Assembly: GCA_910579455.1 (NCBI GenBank)
Contig: CAJTUT010000003.1
Coordinates: forward strand, 11,358-75,357
Reading direction: 5' to 3'
DNA from: an uncultured Bacilli bacterium
Lineage (GTDB): Bacteria > Bacillota_I > Bacilli_A > RF39 > UBA660
Length of the DNA stretch: 64,000 bases
The notes beneath the pieces were generated by a model. The model was not told the DNA's origin, searched no databases, and was given only the letters and a program-made list of their open reading frames with translations. The stretch's first letter is position 1; each line of letters starts with the position of its first letter. Shown here in pieces: positions 1 to 9,968 of the stretch. The position numbers were made by a program, and so were the translations under genes.

Positions 1-470
1 TTCTCAATCATGACCATTCGATCATGTAATTCTTCTAAAATCAATTCACTTTTTAAATCAATTCTATAATCATTTTGATTTCTCAGACTATCTTTTTCTG
101 CCTGACGATTTTGGCTCATCATAATAATAGGTGCCTGTAAGGCAGCAATACAGGATAATACTAGATTAAGTAGGATAAATGGATATGGATCAATACTATT
201 ATTCTCACGCAATATAATCGTGTTCAAAATAACCCATCCAATTAAAAATAACGTAAATAAAAGAATAAAAGTCCAACTTCCTGCAACTTCACTAATCTTA
301 TCAGCAATTCTATCTCCCCTAGTCATCTTAGTAGCCTCTTGTTTATCTACGTCAATAGAAATTGGCTGATCAATTAATAAATCTAATAATTCCTCCTCAT
401 CCTGTTGCTGCAAATCTGCATTTAATAACATTTTAACAATTTCTTTTTTAGTTTTTCTTTTTTCCATATG
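1..470 (-). CDS. DUF1003-family membrane protein. Only the N-terminal part is in the window, and the gene runs off the 5' edge.
   Basis: Minus-strand ORF starting at ATG 470 (MEKRKTKKEIVKMLL...) with the hydrophobic segment LLNLVLSCIAALQAPIIMMSQNRQ, typical of DUF1003. It is not in the ORF track because it lacks an in-window stop. Confidence 0.4.
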
Positions 471-502
471 AATCACTCCATTATTATTGTAACATATTAT
501 AC

Positions 503-1063
503 CTAAGCTAGAAACTGATTAATCATCTCAAACACCTGGCTTCTCATATTCAAACTATATTTCGAATTAAGATCCGGAATAAACAATTGATTCTTATCCA
601 TTTTAATTTCAGAATTAGAATTAGAGTAAATCTCCTTTTGGAAATAAAAATCTTGTGTTTCCTTAGATCTTAATAAAATTTCATCTAAAATATCAATAGT
701 TGAATCACTCATAACTGTAATATGATCTTTTGAAATATCATATTTCCCAATATTATGATAAAGGTACTTCATCATATCATAACACTGATTAAAAAAATTA
801 TTTTGATTATTTTCTAATACAAAAACCAAATGATTCGTTTGAAGAGCTAATTCTTTACCAATATTATTATTCTCACCTGTAACATAAATAATAATATGAT
901 CTAGTGGAATATCCTTTTTTGGATAAAATACTCCTACAGGAAGCAAATCATTCTGCAAAACAATTTGATAATTGGATATATTTTCTCTAGAAATACTAGG
1001 ATGAAAAATCCCTCTCAATTCTCGGTACAATCGATACCTAATGTTTTCCATATCTACCACCAT
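503..1063 (-). CDS. hypothetical protein
   Basis: 186-aa ORF in tandem with the upstream 468-aa ORF. I recognise no motif. Confidence 0.3.
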   Translation of the reverse strand: MVVDMENIRYRLYRELRGIFHPSISRENISNYQIVLQNDLLPVGVFYPKKDIPLDHIIIYVTGENNNIGKELALQTNHLVFVLENNQNNFFNQCYDMMKYLYHNIGKYDISKDHITVMSDSTIDILDEILLRSKETQDFYFQKEIYSNSNSEIKMDKNQLFIPDLNSKYSLNMRSQVFEMINQFLA

Positions 1064-1130
1064 TTTTATCTTAACATAGAAAAAGAAAGTCTTATAAAAC
1101 TTTCTTTCAAACTTTACACTATTTGATAAT

Positions 1131-2537
1131 CTAATCCTTAAAAAAGGATAAAATTCCCCTTTTTCTAATTAAAGTAGGTATATTCGGATCATTTACAATG
1201 GAATGAATAATGGTATTAGATAACTGGTATGTAGAGCCATATTTTAAAAGAAATTTAGACTTAGGGTACTTTCTATCAATCATAACTACAGGTACTTCGG
1301 TGGAATAGTCTAATTTTACTTTTTTATCTACACTAGCAATATAATCATCCTTATAAATTCCATAAACAGAAGAAATAAACATATTATAATTACTCTGATC
1401 ACATATATTATAAATCTTATCTATTCTTTCATCCAAGGTCATTAAAAAATCTTTTAATCTTTTTATTTCATTAAATGACTCTAAATCATAATCAAATATA
1501 ATCAAATGGTATGGAAGCTGTAAAATCCTTTCTATTTCGATCTCTTTATTATGAATATCCATATACTCTATTTGATTATTTTTACCCTCTTTTAAACCAT
1601 TAAAATTATAATGAATTGTATTAATCCTATTTGGGGTTGTCAGAACTAAACATTTTAAATGATGAAACTCTAGCTTTTTACTAAAATAATCAAGGGGGGC
1701 TAATTCCCCATAAATGTTAATAGCATAAGGGAAAGATTTCATGGGAAATAAGGTATACAGTTTTATATTTTTGATTTTACTAATAAATTCGTTACAATTT
1801 ACATCTTCATAGTTAAAAAAAAGAGAAATATCATTAGATTGTGCCTTAAACCCAGTATGAATATAAAAAGGATCTAAATCTCTAGGGATAGTTTGTGTAT
1901 TTCTACAATAATTAATTTTTCTAGTATAATCTGGCCATTTTTCTCCTAATCCCTTATAAAACAACTCAGAGTACTTATCTTTATTAATCACTCGTTCCCC
2001 TGCTACAATTCCTATTTCTACTCCCTTAAATAATGTTATTTTTTCTTCTAACATTTTTAACATAGATAAAATTGTATCATAAGAAAGACAATCTTTCTGA
2101 CGCAAAATAATATGAATAAATATTAAAAACTCGTTTTGCTGTTTCAAAACACTAATAATCTTAATTACTTGGTTAATGACTTGTTCATTATCTAAAAAAC
2201 AAAAAAGATGAACCTTAGTATGATTCTTAATTGCATCCGAAGCGATATTTAAAATAGTAGGATTTTTCATTAAATTAGAATCATTCTCTAATTGGTGATA
2301 AGTTGGTAACAAATCATTTCCCAAACTAAAATTTCTATAACCATTTTTATAATTATAATTAATATTTTCGATGTTAGAATATAAATAGTTTCTCATTAAC
2401 ATAGATAAATTTGGCATCAACTCATTAAACTTAATATCGAAGGAATCCTTGGAAGCTACCCCTAATCCATTTATTAAAAACAAAACCGTTTTTGTAATAT
2501 TATTTTGCATATAATCACTCTCCAATATTATACTCAT
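1131..2537 (-). CDS. Hypothetical protein, possibly a degenerate cofactor-independent phosphoglycerate mutase / alkaline-phosphatase-superfamily-like protein.
   Basis: The N-terminus (VLFLINGLGVASKD...) resembles the iPGM start (ALIILDGFG), and KVHLFCFLDNEQV resembles the iPGM HLxGLLSDGGVHSH block. The catalytic Ser/His context is not conserved. Confidence 0.3.
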   Translation of the reverse strand: MSIILESDYMQNNITKTVLFLINGLGVASKDSFDIKFNELMPNLSMLMRNYLYSNIENINYNYKNGYRNFSLGNDLLPTYHQLENDSNLMKNPTILNIASDAIKNHTKVHLFCFLDNEQVINQVIKIISVLKQQNEFLIFIHIILRQKDCLSYDTILSMLKMLEEKITLFKGVEIGIVAGERVINKDKYSELFYKGLGEKWPDYTRKINYCRNTQTIPRDLDPFYIHTGFKAQSNDISLFFNYEDVNCNEFISKIKNIKLYTLFPMKSFPYAINIYGELAPLDYFSKKLEFHHLKCLVLTTPNRINTIHYNFNGLKEGKNNQIEYMDIHNKEIEIERILQLPYHLIIFDYDLESFNEIKRLKDFLMTLDERIDKIYNICDQSNYNMFISSVYGIYKDDYIASVDKKVKLDYSTEVPVVMIDRKYPKSKFLLKYGSTYQLSNTIIHSIVNDPNIPTLIRKRGILSFFKD

Positions 2538-2578
2538 ATTATACCACAGAAAAGAAAAAACACACGAACGGGAGTGTT

Positions 2579-3049
2579 TTATTTTACATCTTGAAGTTGA
2601 TATTCTTTAATAAAAACATCTACTGTTTTGGTATCATTTATATTAATGATATTAGAATACATATAGCCATCCTTAATATAAATAACTGCTGGATAATTAA
2701 AATCTGGTGGATTAATAGATAAGGTCGTTAACATTTTCTCATACTTGCTATTGGTATAATTCTTCACATCATAATCAATATAATTAATTTTTTTCTTTCT
2801 TAAATGATTTCTAATTTTTTTACAATCCTTACATTTTTTCGAATCACTATTCCAAATATATAATACTTTAGTCTCAGATTGCTTCATCATATTTTCAATG
2901 TTATCACTACTACGATTACCACCATTTCCAATAAAAGTCATAATCAAATAGCATACTAATATGACTACTAAAATAGCTACTACCAATATCATAATTTTTT
3001 TATTTTCCTGATTACTTATTATCTCCTTCTCCTTCTTTTTCTCATTCAT
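2579..3049 (-). CDS. membrane-anchored thioredoxin-like protein (CxxC)
   Basis: N-terminal TM helix followed by a CKDC motif in a basic region. I recognise no other motif. Confidence 0.3.
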   Translation of the reverse strand: MNEKKKEKEIISNQENKKIMILVVAILVVILVCYLIMTFIGNGGNRSSDNIENMMKQSETKVLYIWNSDSKKCKDCKKIRNHLRKKKINYIDYDVKNYTNSKYEKMLTTLSINPPDFNYPAVIYIKDGYMYSNIININDTKTVDVFIKEYQLQDVK

Positions 3050-3251
3050 CTTTCATTCCTCCTTTTATTCATCTAATAGTAAAAATTAAATCATCATTTT
3101 TTACTAACATATCTATTCGAATCCATTTCTTAAATAGAATTTACAAAATCTTTCCTTCATCTTTTTATTTCTGCCAATCTGTCCAGATTCCTATCTATCC
3201 TACTATAGATATACTATACTATAAATTCTAAAAAAAATAAATAGGAAATAT

Positions 3252-4271
3252 TTATTTTTTTAATCTTTCTAATTTTTCTAAAGCTTCATCAAAGGTAGCA
3301 ACTCCTATAACTTTGATTTTTAACTTTTTCTTTTTCTTTAACCTTTTACATTCTTGATAGTTTTCACCTTTCGGAACAATGAAAATATCTGCATTCTCCT
3401 TTTCTGCACCTAAAAGCTTATGCTTGACTCCCCCGATGGTTAATACATTGCCTTCACTATCAATCTCACCAGTACCCGCGATTTTTAATCCCTTTGTAAT
3501 ATCCTCTTTTATTAATTTATTATAAATATCTAGTGTTTCTATAATTCCTCCACTTGGACCTGATTCCGTCTTTTTAAACTTTATCTTAATTGCTGGATTT
3601 GTTTTATATGTACGGATCGCATTTACATAAATTCCTAATATTAATTTATCATCTTTTTTATAAAGTGTAGCATCTATCTTCTTTTTCTTATGGTTTCTTT
3701 CCACTAACAATTGTATCTGATCATTTTCTTGGTAAGTAGATAGAATTGATTTAAAATTATCCAAATCATTAACCTCATTACCATCAACCTCTAATATTTT
3801 ATCTCCAACTTTTAAAGAGTTTTTAGTATCTTTATCAATATAATAAACATATAACTCTGTTTTAACTACCTGGTAAGATTTGTTTGCTTTTAAATATGCA
3901 TTTTTAATAGCGTGGTCATGAGCATTTAATAAATCAATATTACTCCTAAAATTGACATCCTTAGCATCCTCTTCACTATCATAAGTATAGGTACTAATTT
4001 TTAGTCTTTCCCAATCAGGTATCACATAACTTAATACATAAGTAGCAATAGTAGCTCTAGATTCACTAACATAGGCAAGATTAAAATCCCCCTTTGAAGA
4101 AATTTCCTCTTCTACCTCAATTCGATCTCCTACTTCCATAATTCCCCCACCAGTAATAATATAATAATCTAGTGGCCACATAAAAAGAATATAAAGAATC
4201 ACAAAAAAAATGATATTTTTATAGTATTTTTTAATAAATTCTTTGATTTTTTCATAAAAATTAATAAACAT
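3252..4271 (-). CDS. YlbL/SepM-like PDZ-domain protein with a Lon-protease C-terminal (S16) domain
   Basis: N-terminal TM segment, a PDZ-like middle, and a C-terminal SGPSGG...GTGEID...GGVKHKLLGAEKENADIFIVP signature of the Lon C-terminal proteolytic domain. Confidence 0.65.
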   Translation of the reverse strand: MFINFYEKIKEFIKKYYKNIIFFVILYILFMWPLDYYIITGGGIMEVGDRIEVEEEISSKGDFNLAYVSESRATIATYVLSYVIPDWERLKISTYTYDSEEDAKDVNFRSNIDLLNAHDHAIKNAYLKANKSYQVVKTELYVYYIDKDTKNSLKVGDKILEVDGNEVNDLDNFKSILSTYQENDQIQLLVERNHKKKKIDATLYKKDDKLILGIYVNAIRTYKTNPAIKIKFKKTESGPSGGIIETLDIYNKLIKEDITKGLKIAGTGEIDSEGNVLTIGGVKHKLLGAEKENADIFIVPKGENYQECKRLKKKKKLKIKVIGVATFDEALEKLERLKK

Positions 4272-4316
4272 GAAATCAGTCCTTTATGTTTAATTATATC
4301 AAAAAGTTGGTGAATT

Positions 4317-5231
4317 ATGAAAAATAAATTAATCCAAGGAACCATATTTGTCATCTTTTTGTCATTAATAATAAATCCAACTCTAATAACCTCAGAAATT
4401 ATAAATGCCCTTAAAGTCTTTTTCACTACATTATTTCCCTCTATTTTTCCATTCTTCCTGATTAGTGATTTGCTAATTAGTTATAATTTTTGCAATACCC
4501 TAAATAAATACTTTTCCAAGATTAACAATTTCCTGTTTCATACTTCTAATGCTTCTAATTTTGTTATTATTATGAGTATTTTTTCAGGGTTCCCCAGCGG
4601 TGCTAAATACATTAAAACCCTTCTGGATAAACATATGTTAAATCTCAATCAGGCGAACTACTTAATTACCTTTACTCATTTTGCCAATCCACTATTTGTA
4701 TTATCTATCACAAAATCTCTATTTCATAATAGAACAATAGGATATTTAATACTATTATCTCATATCTTAGCTAATATCTTATTAGCCATTATTATTAGAC
4801 CAAAAGAAAAAGAAAAAATCCAAAAACTAGAATGGAATAAGATATCTTCCTTTTCAACCAATCTATCTAGTTCCATAAAATCTTCTCTTAATTTATTAGC
4901 TTTAATTTTAGGAAACACCTGCTTTTTCTATATTATAACAAAATTAATTTCTACATACTTTAACATGGATATAATCCCGTCTATTTTTATAAATGGATTT
5001 TTCGATATGACTAAAGGATTAAATAGTATAGGCTTATTAAATACTACACACCTATTCAAAGCAATACTTGTCCTAACATTTATTAGCTTTGGAGGTATCA
5101 ACATCCACATGCAAGTACTAGATATCATTAGTAATACAAAAATAAGATATAAAAATTTTCTATTAGGTAGAATCTCACAACTAGCAATCTCTTCTTTTCT
5201 ATTCTATTTATTTTATCAGATCAGCTTGTAA
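4317..5231 (+). CDS. polytopic membrane protein, YlbJ-like (nucleoside-recognition/Gate-domain type)
   Basis: Multiple TM helices and a FSGFPSGAKY motif. It lies next to the ylbL-like gene, as in the Bacillus ylbJ-ylbL neighbourhood. Confidence 0.4.
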   Translation: MKNKLIQGTIFVIFLSLIINPTLITSEIINALKVFFTTLFPSIFPFFLISDLLISYNFCNTLNKYFSKINNFLFHTSNASNFVIIMSIFSGFPSGAKYIKTLLDKHMLNLNQANYLITFTHFANPLFVLSITKSLFHNRTIGYLILLSHILANILLAIIIRPKEKEKIQKLEWNKISSFSTNLSSSIKSSLNLLALILGNTCFFYIITKLISTYFNMDIIPSIFINGFFDMTKGLNSIGLLNTTHLFKAILVLTFISFGGINIHMQVLDIISNTKIRYKNFLLGRISQLAISSFLFYLFYQISL

Positions 5232-5835
5232 AAATATCCAAATTAATAGGATGAATAAGATTTAGGGCTGTATATCTAGTTCCCAAATCAGGGTGAATAA
5301 ATTCCACATAAATTTTTAAATACTCTCCATTTTTTCCGACTTTACTTACATCAATAAGATTAAAACGCAAATTATAAATATTAGGAATTTTAAATACATC
5401 TTTAGTTCTAGAAGAATCTAAATAATTATATTCAATATAATTATCACTCTCACATTGATCCTGATAATCCTCATCACAATTATATCTTTTAGAAATCGTA
5501 AGTTTTCTTTTCGCATTTTCCTTTCGCAATTGAAACTGGATAACTACCTTTACTATATGATTAGAATCCTCAGAAGAATTATTACCATCCGTATCATCCT
5601 CTATATTGATTATATTTATAATTCCACCATTATCTCTAATATCTTCCTCAATCGTTTTTGTCACAGAGTTCTTATAAGTTGCAATAGAATTTTTATAAGA
5701 TTCAATCGTCTGTTTATCTCTTTGATTATTTACAACCTTAAGCATGGACATAACTATCACAACAACAATAGAAAAACAAACTAATATTTCTATGGCTGTG
5801 AGTCCCCTATTATTTATGCATAATTTTCTAATCAT
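5221..5835 (-). CDS. prepilin-type N-terminal cleavage/methylation-domain protein (pseudopilin/minor pilin)
   Basis: Leader MIRKLCINNRG followed by LTAIEILV, with Glu at +5, and a hydrophobic helix. It overlaps the upstream pilin gene by 8 nt, which suggests an operon. Confidence 0.6.
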   Translation of the reverse strand: MIRKLCINNRGLTAIEILVCFSIVVVIVMSMLKVVNNQRDKQTIESYKNSIATYKNSVTKTIEEDIRDNGGIINIINIEDDTDGNNSSEDSNHIVKVVIQFQLRKENAKRKLTISKRYNCDEDYQDQCESDNYIEYNYLDSSRTKDVFKIPNIYNLRFNLIDVSKVGKNGEYLKIYVEFIHPDLGTRYTALNLIHPINLDIFTS

Positions 5836-6370
5836 ATAAATCCACTCCTAAAGTTGCATATTTATAAACGGTATAACTACTACTATCAGCATCATTAATT
5901 TTTTCCTCATATTCTACAATAATTCTTCCCCTATAGTTATATTTATTTGTACTATAATCTGGTAAATACTCTACATATTCTTTTAAACCATTAGAAATGT
6001 TAGCTTTGTTTTTAATTGAATTTTTTTGATTCTTTATAGTATATTGGGTAAGAAGAATCGATTTTACCTTTAGTACTTTCCACATCTCAGTACATTGGTC
6101 CGGATTATTCCATAACTTGCAAAAATTAGATGAATTTTGATAATATAAAGGTTCGGGTTCAGAAGTAGATGATTTTCTATTTTTATTTATAAATTTTTTA
6201 AGCACATCTGTTTTATAAACCATGTCAATATTATCATAATGATCACGCTTTTCATACTCTCCTATCAAAGGATAATAATTGGTATACAATAATGTAAATA
6301 TTCCCATTACAAATGCGGATACAACTAAAGTTTCAACTAAGGCAAAACCATTCCTATTTAAATTCCTCAT
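5828..6370 (-). CDS. prepilin-type protein (type IV pilin / ComGC-like). Start reassigned to MRNLNRNG|FALVETLVV.
   Basis: Classic short basic leader ending in Gly, with Phe+1 and Glu+5, and an AGGAG RBS upstream of ATG 6370. The longer ORF-track start adds an implausible 22 aa. Confidence 0.65.
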   Translation of the reverse strand: MRNLNRNGFALVETLVVSAFVMGIFTLLYTNYYPLIGEYEKRDHYDNIDMVYKTDVLKKFINKNRKSSTSEPEPLYYQNSSNFCKLWNNPDQCTEMWKVLKVKSILLTQYTIKNQKNSIKNKANISNGLKEYVEYLPDYSTNKYNYRGRIIVEYEEKINDADSSSYTVYKYATLGVDLYD

Positions 6371-6464
6371 TTTTTCATGTTCACTCCTTGATATTATGAT
6401 AAAATTATTATATAATAATATAAGATAAATTACCATAGAAAGTAGACAAAAAGGGGTTGAAAAT

Positions 6465-8483
6465 ATGGTGACATTTGATTATAAAAAAACTCCCATTACC
6501 CAAATTGCAGATTACATTATTATGTATGCTGCTAAAAGCGGAGCAAGTGATATCCATTTTGACCCAAAGGAAGATGGTCTCATGGTAAGAATACGAATTG
6601 ATGGAGACTTACAAAATTATACCTTAATTCCATCTGAATATGAGAGAAATTTAATTACTAGACTAAAACTACTAGCAAACATGAATATTACAGAAAGTAG
6701 ACTTCCTCAAGATGGGGCAATTAAAAGACAATTTGGAAAATTATTTTTAGATATGCGTACTTCATCACTACCTACAAATGAGGGAGAAAAAATAGTGATT
6801 CGTATCCTAGATTATAGTAGAAGTCTACAAGGATTAGAACATTTAGGCTTTTCTCATACTAATTTTTTAAAATTAAAACGTATGATTGAGGTTCCAAACG
6901 GAATCATTCTAGTAACAGGAGCAACTGGGACAGGTAAAAGTACTACTACCTACTCTATTTTACAAGCATTAAATACCCCAAAAACAAATATTATCACGGT
7001 AGAAGATCCTATTGAGATGAATATAGAGGGATTAAATCAAGTTCAAGTTAACAGTGAAATTGGGCTGGATTTCGCCACTGTACTACGATCTATTTTAAGA
7101 CAAGATCCTAATATTATTTTAATTGGAGAAATTCGTGACTCTGAAACAGCTAAAATCGCAGTCCGTGCCTCTATTACAGGTCATTTAGTATTATCTACGA
7201 TTCATACAAATAATTCTTTATCTACGATAGAAAGATTATTGGATATGGATGTAGAACGCTATTTATTATCAAGTGCTTTAACAGGAATTATTTCCCAAAG
7301 ACTCGCAAAAATGTTATGTCCGAAATGTCGAATAGAAAGAGAAGCAACCCCTTATGAAAAAAAGCTATTTCAAAATATTTTACATAAAGAAATAGAGGTA
7401 TTATATGATGCAAATCATGATGGATGTGAAAACTGCCACAATGGATATAAAGGAAGAATTGCCATTCAGGAAGTACTAGAGATTGATGATGATATAAGAA
7501 ATGCCCTAAATAATGAGAAATTAGAAAGAGAAGATTTAAGAAAGATGGTATATACATCAAATGTTATCACTCTACTACAAGATGGATTAGAAAAAGTATT
7601 AGAAGGTGTTACCAGTTTTGAAGAAATATATAGAATTATAGAAATTGATTCTGATAGTACCGAAGATTATGGTGCTGAACTAATAGAAGCAAATAAAGAA
7701 AGAATCAATCAACAAAAACAAGAAGAACTCAAAGAACAAACCAATACAGAGGTAAAAAAGTCAGATGCACTTATTTCCCAATCAAAGAAAGAAGAGGAAA
7801 ACATATCAAACTCATTAGGAGCAGATCAAGCTACTGCAAATACTGTAGAATCCATTATGAATAAAGAAAAAAAGGAAGAACAGAACAAGTCTGATATTAT
7901 TATAACCCCTCCTTCCGTGCCTGTCTTTCCAGAGCCTAAAATACCAGATCACTTTCCAACAAACAACGATATTAACAATACCCTAACAACAAACATTTAC
8001 AGTGACATAGATAATAATCCGTATATGCAAACAACAAATAATATAAATCAAGAATTCAATCAATCCATTTCAAATACAAATGTATCTAGTTTAAATAACG
8101 AAAGTTCAAATCAGCAAAAAGAATTAATGTCTCAAAACGAGCCAAATTTGGAAGCTGTTCCATCTACAATAAATCAAGAATTAACAAATCCAGAAACAGA
8201 ACACATAGAAAATCCGCTAGAAAAACAACCCAATTATGAAATTCAATTTTCAGATCCATCATCAACTGTCTCTCCTCCAACTATAGAAAACACTTTAGTA
8301 GAGCAAACAGCTGCCATGATTCCTACACCTCATGATAGTACAGAAATATCCCAACCAGAGCAGATTTCTACCACTCCTCTTATTCCCTCTTTAAATACAT
8401 CCCCAAAACTACCAGAACCTAATACAGGCTTTAATACACAGACTATGGAAACTTCCCCTTTACCATCTGGACAATCTATTTAA
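6465..8483 (+). CDS. GspE/PilB/ComGA-family secretion ATPase with a long C-terminal low-complexity extension
   Basis: Walker A LVTGATGTGKSTT, a tetracysteine CPKC...CENC motif, and His-box / Asp-box context. A roughly 280-aa Q/N/S/T/P-rich tail follows the ATPase core. Confidence 0.8.
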   Translation: MVTFDYKKTPITQIADYIIMYAAKSGASDIHFDPKEDGLMVRIRIDGDLQNYTLIPSEYERNLITRLKLLANMNITESRLPQDGAIKRQFGKLFLDMRTSSLPTNEGEKIVIRILDYSRSLQGLEHLGFSHTNFLKLKRMIEVPNGIILVTGATGTGKSTTTYSILQALNTPKTNIITVEDPIEMNIEGLNQVQVNSEIGLDFATVLRSILRQDPNIILIGEIRDSETAKIAVRASITGHLVLSTIHTNNSLSTIERLLDMDVERYLLSSALTGIISQRLAKMLCPKCRIEREATPYEKKLFQNILHKEIEVLYDANHDGCENCHNGYKGRIAIQEVLEIDDDIRNALNNEKLEREDLRKMVYTSNVITLLQDGLEKVLEGVTSFEEIYRIIEIDSDSTEDYGAELIEANKERINQQKQEELKEQTNTEVKKSDALISQSKKEEENISNSLGADQATANTVESIMNKEKKEEQNKSDIIITPPSVPVFPEPKIPDHFPTNNDINNTLTTNIYSDIDNNPYMQTTNNINQEFNQSISNTNVSSLNNESSNQQKELMSQNEPNLEAVPSTINQELTNPETEHIENPLEKQPNYEIQFSDPSSTVSPPTIENTLVEQTAAMIPTPHDSTEISQPEQISTTPLIPSLNTSPKLPEPNTGFNTQTMETSPLPSGQSI

Positions 8484-8505
8484 CCAACTACAAAGAAAAA
8501 GGAAC

Positions 8506-9183
8506 CTAATCGATTCCTTTTTCCTTTAATAAACAAATAATTTCTTGTGTTATTTGATCTATAGTCTTTATCTTTTTATCTTGTACACACTCAATAACTT
8601 CCCAATGATATAATTGAGACAACTCAATATAGGCTTGTTCTGCATGAATTAAATGATCTCCGCTTTTTTCATGACCATCTAAACTCTCTCGATTCTTTTT
8701 TAACTCATAGGAGTACTCATAAGGCACATGAAGAAAAATAGTAATATCTGGCTTCGGCAAATTTAATAACCAAAACTCTAACTTATCAATCCATTGATAC
8801 ATACGAAATCTTTCATCAGCATTATCTATTTTTCCACCCTGATGTGCCATATTAGAAGTTGTATAGCGATCTAGAAGAACAATATATCCTTTACTAATAT
8901 ACTCCATCACCCTTGAAATACAATACTTACGATCTGCAGCATAATAAAGACTGGATATATAAGGATCTACCAAAGCAGCTCCCTCTTCAAAAAAAGAATC
9001 ACAAATTTCTTTCTTTCCTAAATAGGGACCACCTACTATTTTCCCAGTTGGAGTATCATAAGCTGGAAAACTCATTCGAATACATTTCACTTGTTTTTCA
9101 TTGAAATATTTTTCTAAAAGTTTGGACTGCGTTTCTTTTCCCGAACAATCTGTTCCCTCTATTACAATAATTTTTCCTTTCAT
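8506..9183 (-). CDS. tmk: thymidylate kinase-like (dTMP kinase family) protein
   Basis: P-loop IVIEGTDCSGKETQ and DRYTTSNMAHQG (the Tmk DRY...AYQ motif). Length 225 aa. Confidence 0.55.
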   Translation of the reverse strand: MKGKIIVIEGTDCSGKETQSKLLEKYFNEKQVKCIRMSFPAYDTPTGKIVGGPYLGKKEICDSFFEEGAALVDPYISSLYYAADRKYCISRVMEYISKGYIVLLDRYTTSNMAHQGGKIDNADERFRMYQWIDKLEFWLLNLPKPDITIFLHVPYEYSYELKKNRESLDGHEKSGDHLIHAEQAYIELSQLYHWEVIECVQDKKIKTIDQITQEIICLLKEKGID

Positions 9184-9231
9184 ATTTCCCTCTCCTAATT
9201 ATGATATAAAGAAAAAGTAGATAATCAACTA

Positions 9232-9876
9232 TTAAATTCTCCCTCTAACATTAACCTTAAATGCAAAAGTTAACGATTTTTCTGGGGTATTTTCATCTTT
9301 ATTTCCAGATGATCCATAACTACTACTAAGCCATACGCGAACACGCAAATCATGACTATTTCTCTCTGGAGTTAGCTCCGATGAATATAAAAGCTTTCCC
9401 TTTGTAGTAAAAGTATCCTTAGTAGAAGATGGAATACTATAGTCCTCTAAAGTATTATAAGTAGGAACTTCATCACGATCATATCCCTCCACTGGATTAT
9501 CATGTTGATCTGTAACATATATTTTAACATACTTATCTGATAACGTCATATCATATGGTGTTACATAAACATCATATAAAACAGTTCCCTTTTCACCATA
9601 ATTTCCTGTAACAGTGAAATCAAAAACCTCTTGATCACCATTTAATTTTTTTCCATTTGTATCAGACATTGGTAAAGCATTAGTCAAATTAATATGATTC
9701 GTTTCACTCTCGGTATAATTAAATGAAACAGTAGCAGTTGTTAAACTATTATCTTTCTCTCCCTTAAAAGTTCTAGACCAAACAGCATAGGAAATTCCTA
9801 TTACTGCCACAATTAAAATAAAAATCGCAAGAAAAGAAAACAATACCTGTTTTATATTTTTTTTACCACTAGCCAT
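9232..9876 (-). CDS. secreted or membrane-anchored protein of unknown function (possibly TasA/camelysin-like)
   Basis: N-terminal signal anchor, then a Ser/Thr/Asn-rich beta-type domain. There is weak resemblance to the camelysin N-terminal region (VSF...INLTNALPMSD). Confidence 0.3.
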   Translation of the reverse strand: MASGKKNIKQVLFSFLAIFILIVAVIGISYAVWSRTFKGEKDNSLTTATVSFNYTESETNHINLTNALPMSDTNGKKLNGDQEVFDFTVTGNYGEKGTVLYDVYVTPYDMTLSDKYVKIYVTDQHDNPVEGYDRDEVPTYNTLEDYSIPSSTKDTFTTKGKLLYSSELTPERNSHDLRVRVWLSSSYGSSGNKDENTPEKSLTFAFKVNVRGRI

Positions 9877-9968
9877 ACTATCACTCCTATTTTTATCATA
9901 CTAAAATGAATTCATACTTACAAGTTATTATCTATTCTATTTCAAAAATTATACATTTTTTTACATCA

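Noticed and set aside
4199-4426. 75-aa minus-strand ORF overlapping the ylbL-like start and the ylbJ-like start
   Set aside because: It overlaps two better-supported genes on both sides, is AT-rich and low-complexity, and has no RBS context. Probably spurious.
4928-5128. Antisense small ORFs inside larger genes. Examples: 4928-5128, 5455-5784, 7288-7560, 8913-9104, 12813-13262, 14963-15178, 15672-15860, 18221-18511, 21192-21455, 22440-22634, 27861-28307, 29904-30173, 35024-35236, 35702-35992, 37997-38257, 41761-44530 set, 46455-46760, 53007-53267, 54936-55133, 59578-59805, 60476-60685, 62492-62701 and 63127-63360.
   Set aside because: All lie fully inside and antisense to, or out of frame with, strongly supported CDSs. 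Their composition is typical of random ORFs in AT-rich DNA.
7650-8483. C-terminal low-complexity tail of the GspE-like ATPase as a separate gene
   Set aside because: It is in the same frame with no intervening stop and no internal RBS/start context. It is treated as an extension, although a sequencing frameshift cannot be excluded.
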